Origin: Camelus dromedarius
Taxonomy: Eukaryota
Reading direction: 5' to 3'
DNA: 64,000 bases
Assembly (NCBI RefSeq): GCF_036321535.1
Contig: NC_087436.1
Coordinates: forward strand, 70,620,001-70,684,000
Position numbers and translations under genes: made by a program. Below are positions 38,263 to 50,410 of this stretch, piece after piece; within the stretch, counting starts at the first letter, position 1, and each line of letters opens with the position of its first letter. The notes under the pieces were generated by a model, which had not been told where the DNA came from, did no database searches, and saw nothing but the letters and a program-made list of their open reading frames with translations.

Positions 38263-39544
38263 CAAATTTGATTTAGATATTTGCATCATTTCTCCACTTA
38301 GTTTTGATCATATGGCTTGGTTAATGTTGGGGACCTGACATCAAAACTCCTGCAGGTAATTCAGATTTGTCTGCTTATTTCCAGTGGATGTGTTTAAATG
38401 GCATTAGGCTGCATCATTTTTCTTGGCTAAATTTCAGAGTCAAAGACTCATCTAGAGACACTGAATTTTATTATTCAACATTCTGTGCAGTTTGTGTAGA
38501 TTATCGCCAACGTGGGCTGAAATTTCTTTTTAATGATTAGAAAACATTTTAATTTTTTAAATAGAGGTTTGAAATTCAGCAGGAATATTGGTGACTATTT
38601 TATCATTTATTGTCACCAAAATATTTTCTTTCTGAAGTTTTACTTGATTGAAAATTGTTAAATAGAAGAAATAGACTTTTGTTTTCTTACACAGTTTTGC
38701 ATTTGGATTAATTATTAATCCAAATGATATATTCCTTAATAAAGAGGACATAGAACAACAAAGGTCATGCTTTAGTGTTGTATGAAGATACGGAAGATAC
38801 TAAATTGCGATAAAGTCAAAGTTGACAGCATGAAATTTTAATTTGTAATGTTTTATCATCTTGAATGTGCTTGCTTTGCATTAGCTATGACAGCTGTGAC
38901 GGCCCTGGCAGCTCCTGGCACAAGTAGCTCAAAGACAAAATGCTGGTGCTACCAACATTTGCGTTTTTCTTTTTATAAGAGTCTTGTTCCTGTGGTCAGA
39001 TTTGTTTCGTGCTTGATTTTTCTGTTATGAGACTTGGGTTGATTTTCTTGGCTGTTTTGTAAAACAAGGATCATCTTTGGTTTAACTTCATCCCATCATG
39101 TAAACAGAAAACTATTTGCAAGTTGTTTTAGATGTGGATTTTGACTTCACTGCAGTAAAGGAAGACAAACGACCTTGTTTTACTCTGGTTGACTCCGCTT
39201 GTCTAGTAACAGGGGATAAGGAGGAGCAGCACTCAGTCAGTGGCCGGAACGTCACCCTCTCAGGCTTCTGCTGGTTTGGAGTTGGCTCTGGGAAACACTG
39301 AGAATCTGTAGAAGCTTCCCTCTCCCTTTATCCCCTGGAGACTAATCTTCGTCTTTTCTTCCCATGTTGCCCCTTTTGACTATCTGTCTCCATCTCCTTC
39401 CTCTCTTGAAAGACGGAGAAGTAATAGCAGCAGACTGGGAGGAAGGGGGTGAGAAGCAGGGAGAAAAGGGAACCGGCATTTTATTGTATCTCTGCTTTAT
39501 TTGTAGCTCTTTATATAATATTGTCTTACTTAATCTAAATAGTT

Positions 39545-39900
39545 ATCCTGTGAAATAGCCATTATTTTACAGAGGATAAAATTAGGAGTTAGAGAGGTTG
39601 ATGACTGGTGGAGCTGAATTTAAACTCAGATATCCCAGACTCCAAGCCATGCTCTCTGTGCCGGGCCACCTGTGAGAGACCTTGGAAGAGACTCTCATCT
39701 TGTATCGAAACAGATACATGATGTATAAAAACATATCCAGCAAAGACTGTGTTAAGCACTTTACATGCATTATCTAATCTAATGTTCACACAAATGGTAT
39801 AGTGCATAGAGAGGTTAAGTAACTTCCTTGAAGTCATCGGTGGAGTAAATGGTACAGTCTCGGTGCCAGCCTGCGGTCGTCTGACTCCACAGTCCTTTGT
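39545..39900 (-). mobile_element. Adjacent MIR fragments
   Basis: ATTTTACAGAGGATAAA...CCAGACTCCAAGCC and TTAAGCACTTTACATGCATTATCT...GAGAGGTTAAGTAACTT. Confidence 0.65.
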
Positions 39901-42900
39901 TGCACTATATTGCTGTGATGTTTTCCTCCTATGTGAAGAAGCTAAAACTGAAAGAGGTTAAGTGATCATCAGCTCTTTGGTGGCAGAGCAATCTAGGCCA
40001 GTTGTTAGCTCTTTCTTCTGTTCCACAGTGGACACACCTGATCAGAAATGGGATAAAATAAAAGTCAAACCAAAATGTAGCTGGAGTGCTCTTAGGCACC
40101 TGATTCTGCCACCCCTCCAAGCTCAGCCGTCTCCATCCTTATGAACTGCTAGGGAATTTGTTTCTCTGTGGGAAATCAGGTGCAGAAGCGTCTTTGTGAA
40201 AAATACACACATCCACATATTCCTTTTTTTTTATATTAGTGAACACACTGAATATAATAAATCAGAAAAGGGGTTTTTGATAGTTCACCTTTAAAATTGC
40301 TGTAAATTCTAATTACAGTTAAAGTAACATTATTCATTGCATAAGATTATTTTCAAAATGTCTGTATTGTCAAGAGCAACATGTCAAAATGTGGTGAAAA
40401 TAGTTCTTTTCTCAGAAAAGCTGGAAACATCGCTAAGTTTAAGCAAGTTTCCAGTGCAGTGTGTATAATAAATCACCTGTCTCTGTTTCTAAATTGTCAG
40501 CAACAGAATGGAAACTGTAGCTCTTAGGAAAGGATCACGAGCTGAAGTAAAAATAATCTACCTTTTAGTAGGCACCTTTTTAACTTGCATAAGTCAAAGC
40601 CAATCTCTCAAAGAGATTACTTGTTATCTTTAACTGATGGCTGTTGGTCTTTGATAAGTGGGACCTAGAGTATGATTTGGGCATCTTCTTCAATTCCTTT
40701 AGCATTTGCTGGGTGCCCACAGAGCACAAGGAGGGATGGTGTACAGTGATGGGAGAAAGAGAAACAGGGATGTTACCAGAGACCCTGCCCTTGCCCCCCA
40801 GAGACGTTATAGCCACATCCAATCAAGTGGAGAATTCTTAACCCGCATTCCTCCTTTCTTCATTCATGTTCTCCCTTACACCCAGGGTGGGCTGTAGTGT
40901 GACCCTGCCATAGTGAGGAGAAATAGTCACTCCTCCACGCTTGATGAAGAACGATACAGTGAAACTTTGCCTATCACATGTGCCCCGAGTGTGTCTTGTC
41001 CTGCCCCTCGGAGCCTTCCAGTCCTTCCGCTTCCATGTTACGCACACTAAAATAACTCATGAAAAGGAAAGATAAACTATAAAATAAAAGCCCAATGTCA
41101 GCGCACAGGAGGTGAAAAACTGCAAGTCTCAGGAAATCCCAGCCAAAGGCACATCTTTTCTCTTTGCCGAGGGTGCAGTCATGGTTGGACAGGCACGCAT
41201 ACTCCAAACACTCACTGTCCCACAGTGAGGGCGGATTTGTTCACATCATTTAACCCTCTGAATCTCAGTCTCTTCACATGTAAGAGATCAAGACTAACAC
41301 TATGTGTTGGGCACAGGGGAACCTCTTTCTCTCTTCTCTGCCTAAGTGCCGCCCAGTGCTGCTAGCCTTGCTTGTTATTCTGCTTTCTGTCCCCTGAGGA
41401 ATACAATGAGTATGTATGAGATGGCTGTAAAATAACACGAGGGTACCCTTCAGCCATGCGGAGAGCTCACATTTAGTAAATGGGGTCCTCTTACCAGACC
41501 CTCCTGCCGGACTTCAAACCCAGACATCTTGGATGGAAGTAGCTGTGCTGAGCTGTTCAGAACGTGTCTGCTCACTTGTTAGTTGTCCACTCTCGCTTTT
41601 TTGCCCTATCCTCACCCCCACCCCATTATCACACAGTGCTGTGCTCAGGGATTTTTGTCTGTTTTCCCAGTTGAATTCTACCCTTAAAAGAGGGAAGGAT
41701 ATGCTATGGCCAATGTCATCCTAAAGAGAACATTGCTGGCTCTGAAGCTGTGTAAAAAATATTTCGGGTGATCATTATAATGAGGGTCTCCTGGGGTGGC
41801 TTTGGAGTGGGGATAGCACTTCATGTGTTAGGTTCTGTGAGCTGATTTTTAAAAATCTGTTTATTTATAATGATTGTGGGTCTATTATATGATAAGGGAA
41901 TGAAACATTGCCGGAGAACTTTGCGGGCAGTGAAAGTAGGTGACTTAGTGAGGCTGACAGGTGGCTAGGTTAACTGGTAGGGGCAGAGTAAATGACTGAG
42001 GGCCACCTCCCATTCCCCGGAAATCCACCCTGCTCAAGTCAGAGGGTAATTTAGATTAAGAGGTGGTTTGTTTTAAGTAAACATTAATCACACTTCCACG
42101 AACAGGTAATTTATTGTGCAATTGAAAAGGGGGCTCTTCCTATTACTGTTTCAGTATTTACACATATAGTTACCAGGATCATGCAGTTTTGCTCTGCCAT
42201 GTAAATTCATCTACCACCAAGTATATTTTTTGTGTCTTTTAAAGCTATAGAATGTCTTCATTTACTCACTTGAAAAATGTTTTATCTTACAGGTTTTATG
42301 GTTCAGATGTGTAGCCTTACGTATGAACAAAGGATCTGTCTTTTTATGTTATTAAAAACCATCTTTTGATGAAGTAGTATTTTAAATTTACAAAAGAACC
42401 TTCCTACAAATAAATATGTGATTTTTCTACCTGAAATTTGAAGTGATGAAAAAAGAATATAGGAAACAGGCTAGTTTGAGGTATTGGTCCTAAATGATGT
42501 GACTAAGAAGTGAGGATAATTTTGTTAGTCAGTGATGTTTGATAGCTCTTGTTTGTTTGTTCTTGTTACACTGAAGGGAAATAATGGGTTGATTTCCAGA
42601 GAAATACCTACAGGGAGATGTGGCCACAAAGGTTTGATTATCCATGTCCCTGCACATTTATTTCCTCTAGAGGTGAAGTAATTTAAAGCTCTTGTGTAAG
42701 TTGGACATTGGACAATGAATATGTAATAGGAATACTTTTTGGAATTGATGTCTTAGAGATTGCAGAACAGTGGGAAAATCACTGTCTGTGTCCCCTTTGC
42801 TCCCCTCTCCACTGGAAAAGCTTTTGTTCAGAGAAAATAGCTTTTTTGCATAAGATGTAGCTATTTATAAGTACTTGCTATGTGCAAGGTGAAATCCGGC

Positions 42901-43316
42901 TAAAACAAACACTGAAACCACAGAGGAGAAAAACGCCACCAAAAGTAATGTCACCTCTGCACACTTGGTGAGATTATATAGTGGGATTTTATGTATAGAA
43001 GCTTCAATTAATATTTTTAAAGTGGATCAGAGTCACCCTTTGCCTGCTACAGTCAACCACTAGTCATTCATTACAGGCGTTATAGTTTTGGTGAGCAGTT
43101 CAACCCTGGGAGTAGGCAGGAATGACTAAATTGTATGTATGGTGAAATAAAAGATAACACTCATATTGGTAAGAATCTTTATCCTTTACATTTGTTTGGT
43201 ATGTTTGCGATAGCCCTTTTAATAGCATATTCATGTGGCTTAATTCCCTTAGTGACATCACACATGGAAAGAAAAAATATATTCTTCTTTTAACACCTCT
43301 GTTTTCTTTCTATTAG

Positions 43317-43450
43317 GGCGTGTTGGAGAGTTTCCTGGGCACTGCTGTCTCTGGAGCTGTCTTCTGCCTGTTTGCTGGCCAGCCACTCACGATTTTGAGC
43401 AGCACAGGACCCGTTCTCGTTTTTGAGAGACTTCTGTTTAATTTCAGCAA
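43317..43450 (+). CDS. SLC4A4: SLC4A4 coding exon (approx. exon 13), 134 nt, TM2-TM3: [44 protein letters not shown](K)
   Basis: Acceptor gttttctttctattag|GGC and donor AA|gtatgt. Contains the [12 protein letters not shown] motif. Missed by the ORF track. Confidence 0.97.
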
Positions 43451-43634
43451 GTATGTGCATACACATCTACCTGTACATTAGAACTGTCTAATTGTAGAGC
43501 GTGCACGCCTAGCTGGAGCAGAGGATAGTAAATGGGGAGAGCAGAATCACGGGGATTTGAGGATTTGGAGGTTGCGAGGCCCTGGGAGACTAGGTGGTCC
43601 AGCACACCTTTGATTCATCTGAGGCCCAGGTGCC

Positions 43635-44050
43635 GCATTACCTCTCGCTCCAGCCCATCATTCTCTGCCTTCTTGTCCTGCTTTGTGTCTCGGGAGGTGG
43701 ACCCTGTGGACTGCAACAGTCGTCTTCCCTGGCCCTCTGGCTTCCTGCTGGGTTTGGCTGCAGCAGAGCTCCAGGAGCACAGGAAGGTGGGGAGGGCAGG
43801 GTGCACCCGCCTACCCTCAGCTCTCGCTCTCGGCTTTGCCCAGCTGTCCTCTGAGTTCAGCCCCTGTCAGGTGGCTCCTCCACCCTGGCCCTTGCCCTCA
43901 CCAGGCTCTGCTGCCTATTCCTGTTCTGTAGCCTTTCCAAGCAGGGAGGTAGAAATGGCTTCCCGATGGTGCTAGTCCCCGAGTACCTTGCCATTTTTCT
44001 GTTACTGACGCCTCTGTACATAGTCTAGTAAATTTCCTGAGAATCTCATT
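43635..44050. mobile_element. LTR33/LTR16-like (ERVL) LTR relic
   Basis: GGAGGTGGACCCTGTGGACTGCA...CCCTCTGGCTTCCTGCTGGGTTTGGC resembles the recalled LTR33. Explains the GC-rich overlapping ORFs here. Confidence 0.55.
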
Positions 44051-44211
44051 TGAGATCGCCTTCCATCTCCTGCTGTGATTCTCATGTGCCAGAGAAGTGA
44101 AATGACTTGTCAAGGTCACATGTCTCGTCTATGAAAGAGACTGGATGCTCTACTGCTCCTCACCCCCATTCCAGCATTCTGAACTCCAGATCCATTTCTA
44201 GACTCAACTGA

Positions 44212-44450
44212 GTAATAACTAACATTTACTGAGTGCTGACCACATACCGACTATTAGCCTGAGCACGTTTCGTGTACTCCCTCATTTATTTCTTGTAGCT
44301 GTCCTATGAGGTAGGGACCGTGTGCAGTTGTCTAGGTGAGAAAGCAGGCATGGAGCGGGTGAGTAAATTGTTGGCAGTTGCATCACCAGTCGTTGGCAGG
44401 GCTGGGATTTGAATCCTTGCGTTCTGACTCCAGAGCCTACGCCTCTTACG
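44212..44450 (-). mobile_element. MIR SINE
   Basis: TAACATTTACTGAGTGCT...CCTATGAGGTAGG...GGCTGGGATTTGAATCC...TCTGACTCCAGAGCC. Confidence 0.75.
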
Positions 44451-47400
44451 GACTCACTAGACATGACTAATGGGCGTGAGAGTTGTGATACTGATCTTTT
44501 CTTTTAGAAATTGATGGATCATTTTAAGAAGGAAAAAATGGAGTTAAGCAAATTATCCAAGTGGCCACATTTGCACACAGTTTCAAAATCAAATTGGGTA
44601 TTCCAGCCTCTTTCTAATGAACTTGATACCTCTAAGAGAGAATTGCCTTTACTGGCAGGTCTCAGTCCCCAGATTGCAGAATTTCATACGACTTGTTACC
44701 ACTCCTTGTGGGAAGTGCTGTATACTTCTGTTGTTATACATTTTTTAGAATTTTAATGTTAGAGAAATGTCATTACCTACTTAATGCCTCATGGAATTAA
44801 GGACTCATACAACAGGCTTTGAAACTGTGTGTGCCATCAAAAATGATCTCAAGATAGAGGAGGAAATGAGGATTTAAAGCTAGTTTTTTGAAAACTGGAT
44901 TGAGAACATAAATGAGGGTCTCTCAGGAATTTAAAGTTCCATGTTTTCTGTAGATCATTACTGCAAATCTCTCTATCATAATTCTCAGAAGACCATTGGA
45001 AAGAGTTCTGCTCATGTCAGTTTATAAAAAGAGTCAAACAGTTTTTATATGTTTAAAAAAAAACATTGTGTGAGACAAGAAAGCCTTTATGGAAAGATTA
45101 AACAAGCACGTACTATAAACAGGAACAAACAGGCACATCTTTGCAGAAAGATTTATTGGATGTAATGTGATCAGAGCCTTAATCTACAGAAAATGTTTGC
45201 ATTCTGGTTTGCTTTAGATAATTGTAGGATAGAGATTATTTCCTTTTGCTAAGCAAGTTCCATTCTCACTTTCCCTTCTATTTCATCATAATTGGAAACT
45301 TAAACATAGTTTCAAATGATTTATTTGAAAATAGTTGTAAAGCAACAAGAAACATTTGACAAACTCTGCTTTAAAGTCGTCACTGGCTAACATGTGACAC
45401 TTAGGTGGCAAACCTTATTCTTTTATGCATGATGCTGTGTATCATTTGCTTACATATCCTCGTAGCAGTGCTAATATTTTGTCTAGATACAGACTACTTG
45501 TGTAGATCACTATTTCCCAAAATGGGTTTTCTCATTTACTGGTTCCAATAGATGTTCCATTAAAAAAAAAAAAAAAGAAAAAAAGAGCTCTGTCATCCCA
45601 GTAGATCTGGTAAGTGCTGTATATTATAGATTATATTATCCCGCCCTTGGTAATTCATTTTAGCTTACGAAGGGATCTGAGAAGTCCTTCAGGGAAGACA
45701 CTGTTTTACTATGTTTTGCCCAGATTTTTCCCATCATATTTTACTTTTTTTTTTTTTTTTGAGAAATAGGTAAATTCTTGTTGTGTGAATTCAGTGGACT
45801 CAAACAGTAACTCCACGTAATTCACAGATTTATCTCTGACTAAGAATACAGCTTTTAATATTTCCCCAATAAACTGGAGAATCAGGAAGGAATATGAATG
45901 ATACACTGTCACCTTTTAAAATTAGTAGCAGAATGAAGGAATAGCTCACACCTTTCCCCAAAACACTTGTGGTTTTGTTTTTCCAATTCTGCAGTCTCTT
46001 GTGCACTATTTTCATACATTATATCGCAATAATAGAGAATTAGATTCCTTTTCCTTTTCTTCAGGGAAGAATCTGAAAGGAAATTTAACAATGCATTCTA
46101 AGCCTTGTAGAACCTTCATAACTGAAGTTGGATTTTAGCCTGTATAATTGTCATTCAGTCATTTAATAATTTCTTTCTTACAGTCTTTGAACAATTTATA
46201 GGCCTTCAAATTATGATTTTCTTCTATTAAATTACTGGATTTATTCATTTAACTTAGGAGGTTTATGTTTATTTGCCAGATACTGATTTCTGAAGCATGC
46301 TTCATTGTGAATTTTTCACTTTGTCTGTACCCTTGGGTTTATGCTGCTCAAAACTATCACTTAAAATATCTAGAAAGAGTGTTACCAAAAGGATATACAG
46401 TCATTTTCTCCTTTTAACTCACCATAGTTTCTTCGGTCTCTAGTATCATTTCCTCTTTATAACTTGTAAATTTTTATAACTTAATTGCTATTTAAACTTG
46501 GCACCAAAGGGACCGATAGTCTTACTGGATGTAACATTGCTTTTTATTATAGTTATTACTGTTGGTCGGCTTGCTTAAAAAAGCCTCTCATCTTTTATTC
46601 CTCTATCTTCTTGCTGCTGTAAATATATCCTAATGGAGTACTGTTGGTATTAGTGATTTTGTTTGAATTTTTCCTACAAAGCCACTCTGGGAATATTTAA
46701 GTATTTTAGAGCAGCTATTTCGGTTTATTGTTTAGGTCCTAAGATTTAAGTTTATACACGCACTTCTTTCCTTTGTACTTAAACTGGTGGTGTTCCTGAC
46801 CATTAGCTGGTGAGTAGATTTGTTTCTCATCCTGTTCTGTAAACAACCATTAGCATTCTTAGAACAAATTAAGATTGCTCTAACTTTCATCTTGTTAGGG
46901 AGGCAAAACTAGGTAATTGTTTAAAACTTTATTTTAACAAAAAAGTCTGTTGGCTCAGAAGTAATAAAACTGTTTCTGAGCTCTGAGACTGACTCATTGT
47001 GGAATAATGTAAATTATCTCAAATTCCTAGAATTTAACTTTTTCTAGAGTCTACTTATCTCACAAAGACATGCATAAGATTAGACTCTAGGGTTCCAGAC
47101 ATAAAGGGAACTGTGAGGAAATGCAAAAGATGTCTTCAGAAAGGTTTCAGGAAATCTGTAGAAGGTAACTGTCAACCTAAGTGTTACTCATCTCCTGCTT
47201 TGGTAATGGTCTTCCAATTTGTGTCATTTGGTGAGAAGAGGGAAACAAAGGACAGTGACTTTAAAGCGCACCTTATCATGAGCTAAATACAAATCAGACA
47301 GGAGGAACCATGGTGTAATTTTTAAAAGGACTGGTCTAAGAGCACAGAAATTTGGTTTCTGGTCTAGCTCTGCTGTTAAAACATCACATTTGGATAAATG

Positions 47401-47465
47401 ACTTAGTTTCTATTGGCCTTGGTGTCCTCATCTCTAAAGTGAGGCATGTTGGGCTAATGGGTGTC

Positions 47466-47925
47466 TGTATTAGGATTCTCCAGAGAAATAGAACCAATAG
47501 GATGTGTATGCACATATATAAGAGACTTGTGATAAGGAACTGGCTCACACAGTTATTAAGGCTGGCAAGTCCAAAACGTGCAGGGTTGACCAGCAGGCTG
47601 GAGACCCAGGAGGGCTGATGCTCCAGTTCCAGTTCCAAGGCTGTCTGCCAGAGAACTGGGAAGAGCCCATGTTACAGGTCAGGCCCAGAGGCGCTCTGTC
47701 CACTGGGGAGGGCTCTCTTACTTGAGGGAAACTGGTCTTTTTGTTCTATTCAGTTGAGAAGCTGATTGGATGAGGCCCACCCTCATTATCGAGAGCAATC
47801 TGCTTTACTCAGAGTCTACCAATTTTAATGTTAATCTCATCAAAACCACCCTAAAACACCGAGTAATGTGTGACCCAATATCTGGGCACCTCTTGGGTCA
47901 GCCAAGTGGACACACAAAATCTAAG
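47466..47925 (-). mobile_element. MLT2-type (ERVL) LTR
   Basis: TGTATTAGGATTCTCCAGAGAAATAGAACCAATAGG...GATTGGATGAGGCCCACCC...AATCTGCTTTACTCA...TTAATGTTAATCTCATC matches the reverse complement of the recalled MLT2 consensus. Confidence 0.85.
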
Positions 47926-49494
47926 CAATTTTTAATTCTAATATCAGTAAAATTTTCAGTTGCTCATCACCTGGTTACAGTGACAGTAATTGTCTCTATC
48001 AGTCCTAAGCCAGGCATGCCTTAATTCATCCAGCAAATTTGTATTTAACTAACTGAAGTCTGTATTTAACTTATATGTGCTGGGCACAGAGCTAGGTAGA
48101 AAATTTGAGTTTTATTCTAAGAGCAGTGCAAGGTCACCAAAAGGTTTTAAACTGGGACATCTGATTTACATTTGAAAAGGTCATTTTGGCTGTGATGTGG
48201 AAAATGGCTTTGAGCAGGGACTCATAGCATGAATATTAGTAAGGAGGCTCTTACAAGAATCAGGCAGGGACTTCTTGGTGGCCCAGCCTGGGTTGTTGAT
48301 GGTGAAGGTGTAGGTTCGAGGCCTTTGGGAAAGCATTAAAATACATGGCTAACAGTTACCGAAACTCATTGTCTAAAAGCAAGGCCGTAGAGTTTTGGGC
48401 GTGCATGGTCCTTGATTTATTTTTTTCTTGTGCAGAAACTGTGACTACCCCTCTCTGCTTTTTCATCACAGATGATGAGGAAAAAAAAATATTTTAAAGC
48501 ACTGTCCACATAATTTTAAAAGAATCAGTATGAAATGCAATCAGTATGAAATGCTAAAATGTGAACACCTGACCCATCTTTTCCTCAGTGTGAATCTGGA
48601 ACTAATTTACTTGTAAGAAGTGAAAAGGGCATCGAAAAACAGTGGCCTGCTTAGATGGAGGTGGCCTGTTCTAAGGTTGCTGTGGGACAGGCACAGACAG
48701 AAAAGGTGGCCACAAGAGTTTTCACACACGACTCCAGCAGAGGGTGTCATGTCTGTGGGAAGCTTCCTGACCAGCGTTAGTCTCTGGTGGTAACCTGGCA
48801 ATGCAGCCTTTATTGATCTGCCCATAGGCCGCTTATCTGACCCACCTCCCTGTGGTGGCGGCGCTCAGTCCGCAGGGAGCATTGTGTGCAGCCACATGCT
48901 GCATGCCTTTTTCAGCACTCTTTCCTCTTCCTGGCCAGACCCTCCCTGGTCTGTCCAGAAAGTTCCTGCATATCCTTAAATACCTTTGAGGTTTTTTAAT
49001 GAAAGTTCATCTCTCCCCAGAATTAGTTACTCCTTCTGTGATGCTTGGTGGGAACCCTTAGGTATCACTCAGTATTTTGCAGTGTGATTCTGTTTATCAG
49101 TGAGTCTTCCTCAGTAGACTTGGATGACTTGGGGACAGACAGGGAACATATTTATTTCAGTGTCTTCCTTAACCAGTAATGCTCATAAACATTTATTAAG
49201 CACATGCTGGTTACCAGTATTATGCTTTCAAATTGTTTATTCTATGAACTCCATGAAGACAGGGATCATATTTTTTGAATGAGAAAATCAATGAGTTATT
49301 TACATTCAATGGTATGATTATTTTCTTTGTGCTTTTCCCAAACTTCTGGAATTATTTCTTTATGGTAGCCCAATATCACTAGACCAAATTCTTAAAGGTG
49401 ATACTTTCTAGATAAAATCAAGAATGAGCTTTATATCTTGAGGCTAAAATGATCTTGTATTTTTAGCAGTCATTCTACAGTCATTCAGTGGTTT

Positions 49495-50078
49495 TGATGC
49501 AGGAAAATGGTTGTGGGGTGTGAGGAGAGCCGAGTCCCAGGTCTTGGTTAAGCCCCTGGTCATTGGCTTCACACAGGAAAGAATTCAAGTGCAAGCCACC
49601 GTTGAGTTAAGGTAGATTTATTTAGAGAGAGAGTGTAAGGCAAGAGAAAGGCAAGGAAAGAGGTGTGGGAATTGGGTGCTCAGGTTAAAGTAAAAGTAGG
49701 TATACACTCCACAGACAGTGTGCGGGCCGTCTCCAAAGGGGAGAGAGAGCACAAAGGGCCACTAGACATGGTGTCACTTTTTAGGGTCTCAGTAGCTTCA
49801 CAGCCTACAGGTGGGATCAATCCAGCTGCCCTGGGGAAGGGGCTGGGATTCCCAGCACCACCCATTCTTTGGCCCTTTGCGGTTAGCCTTGGGGCTGTCC
49901 TGGTGCCTGCGGGCATGTTATTTGATCAGGCTGTTACGATGAGCATATAATGAAGCTCAAGATCTATTAGAAGTCAAACCTCTTAATCCTCAAGGCCAAC
50001 TAGGAGGTGACTCTTCCACAATTTTGGTTGCTGTCATTCCTTGAGTGGCTGTGCCCTGCCCCCTTCCCTCCTGTCTCA
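49495..50078 (-). mobile_element. Solo LTR of an endogenous retrovirus (ERV1/class I type), 584 bp
   Basis: TG...CA termini with a 4-bp TSD GTTT (49491-49494 and 50079-50082). The minus strand begins TGAGACAGGAGGGAAGGGGGCAGGGCAC and has a TATA-like CCTAAAAAG (about 49777-49785) followed by AATAAA (49617-49622). Confidence 0.85.
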
Positions 50079-50138
50079 GTTTTACATTATTCTTTGTGTT
50101 CCATGGAAGTGGAGTCTAAATACCTGTCTTCTTTGCAG

Positions 50139-50410
50139 GGACCATAATTTTGACTATTTGGAGTTTCGCCTTTGGATTGGCCTGTGGTCAGCCTTCCTGT
50201 GCTTCATTTTGGTGGCCACCGACGCCAGCTTCTTGGTTCAGTATTTCACGCGCTTCACCGAAGAGGGCTTCTCCTCTCTGATTAGCTTCATCTTTATCTA
50301 CGATGCTTTCAAGAAGATGATCAAGCTAGCTGATTACTACCCCATCAACTCCAACTTCAAAGTGGGCTACAACACTCAATTTTCCTGTGTTTGTATGCCG
50401 CCGGACCCAG
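50139..50410 (+). CDS. SLC4A4: SLC4A4 coding exon (approx. exon 14), 272 nt, TM4-TM5 and start of EL3: (K)[90 protein letters not shown]
   Basis: Acceptor tgtcttctttgcag|G and donor G|gtgagg. Contains the FTRFTEE motif, the KMIK DIDS-site motif and the CxC of extracellular loop 3. Confidence 0.97.

Noticed and set aside
41211..41229. CTCACTGT-CCC-ACAGTGAG hairpin containing a CACAGTG RSS heptamer
   Set aside because: The stem is only 8 bp, which is expected by chance in 64 kb. There is no nonamer at 12- or 23-nt spacing, and it is too short for a pre-miRNA.
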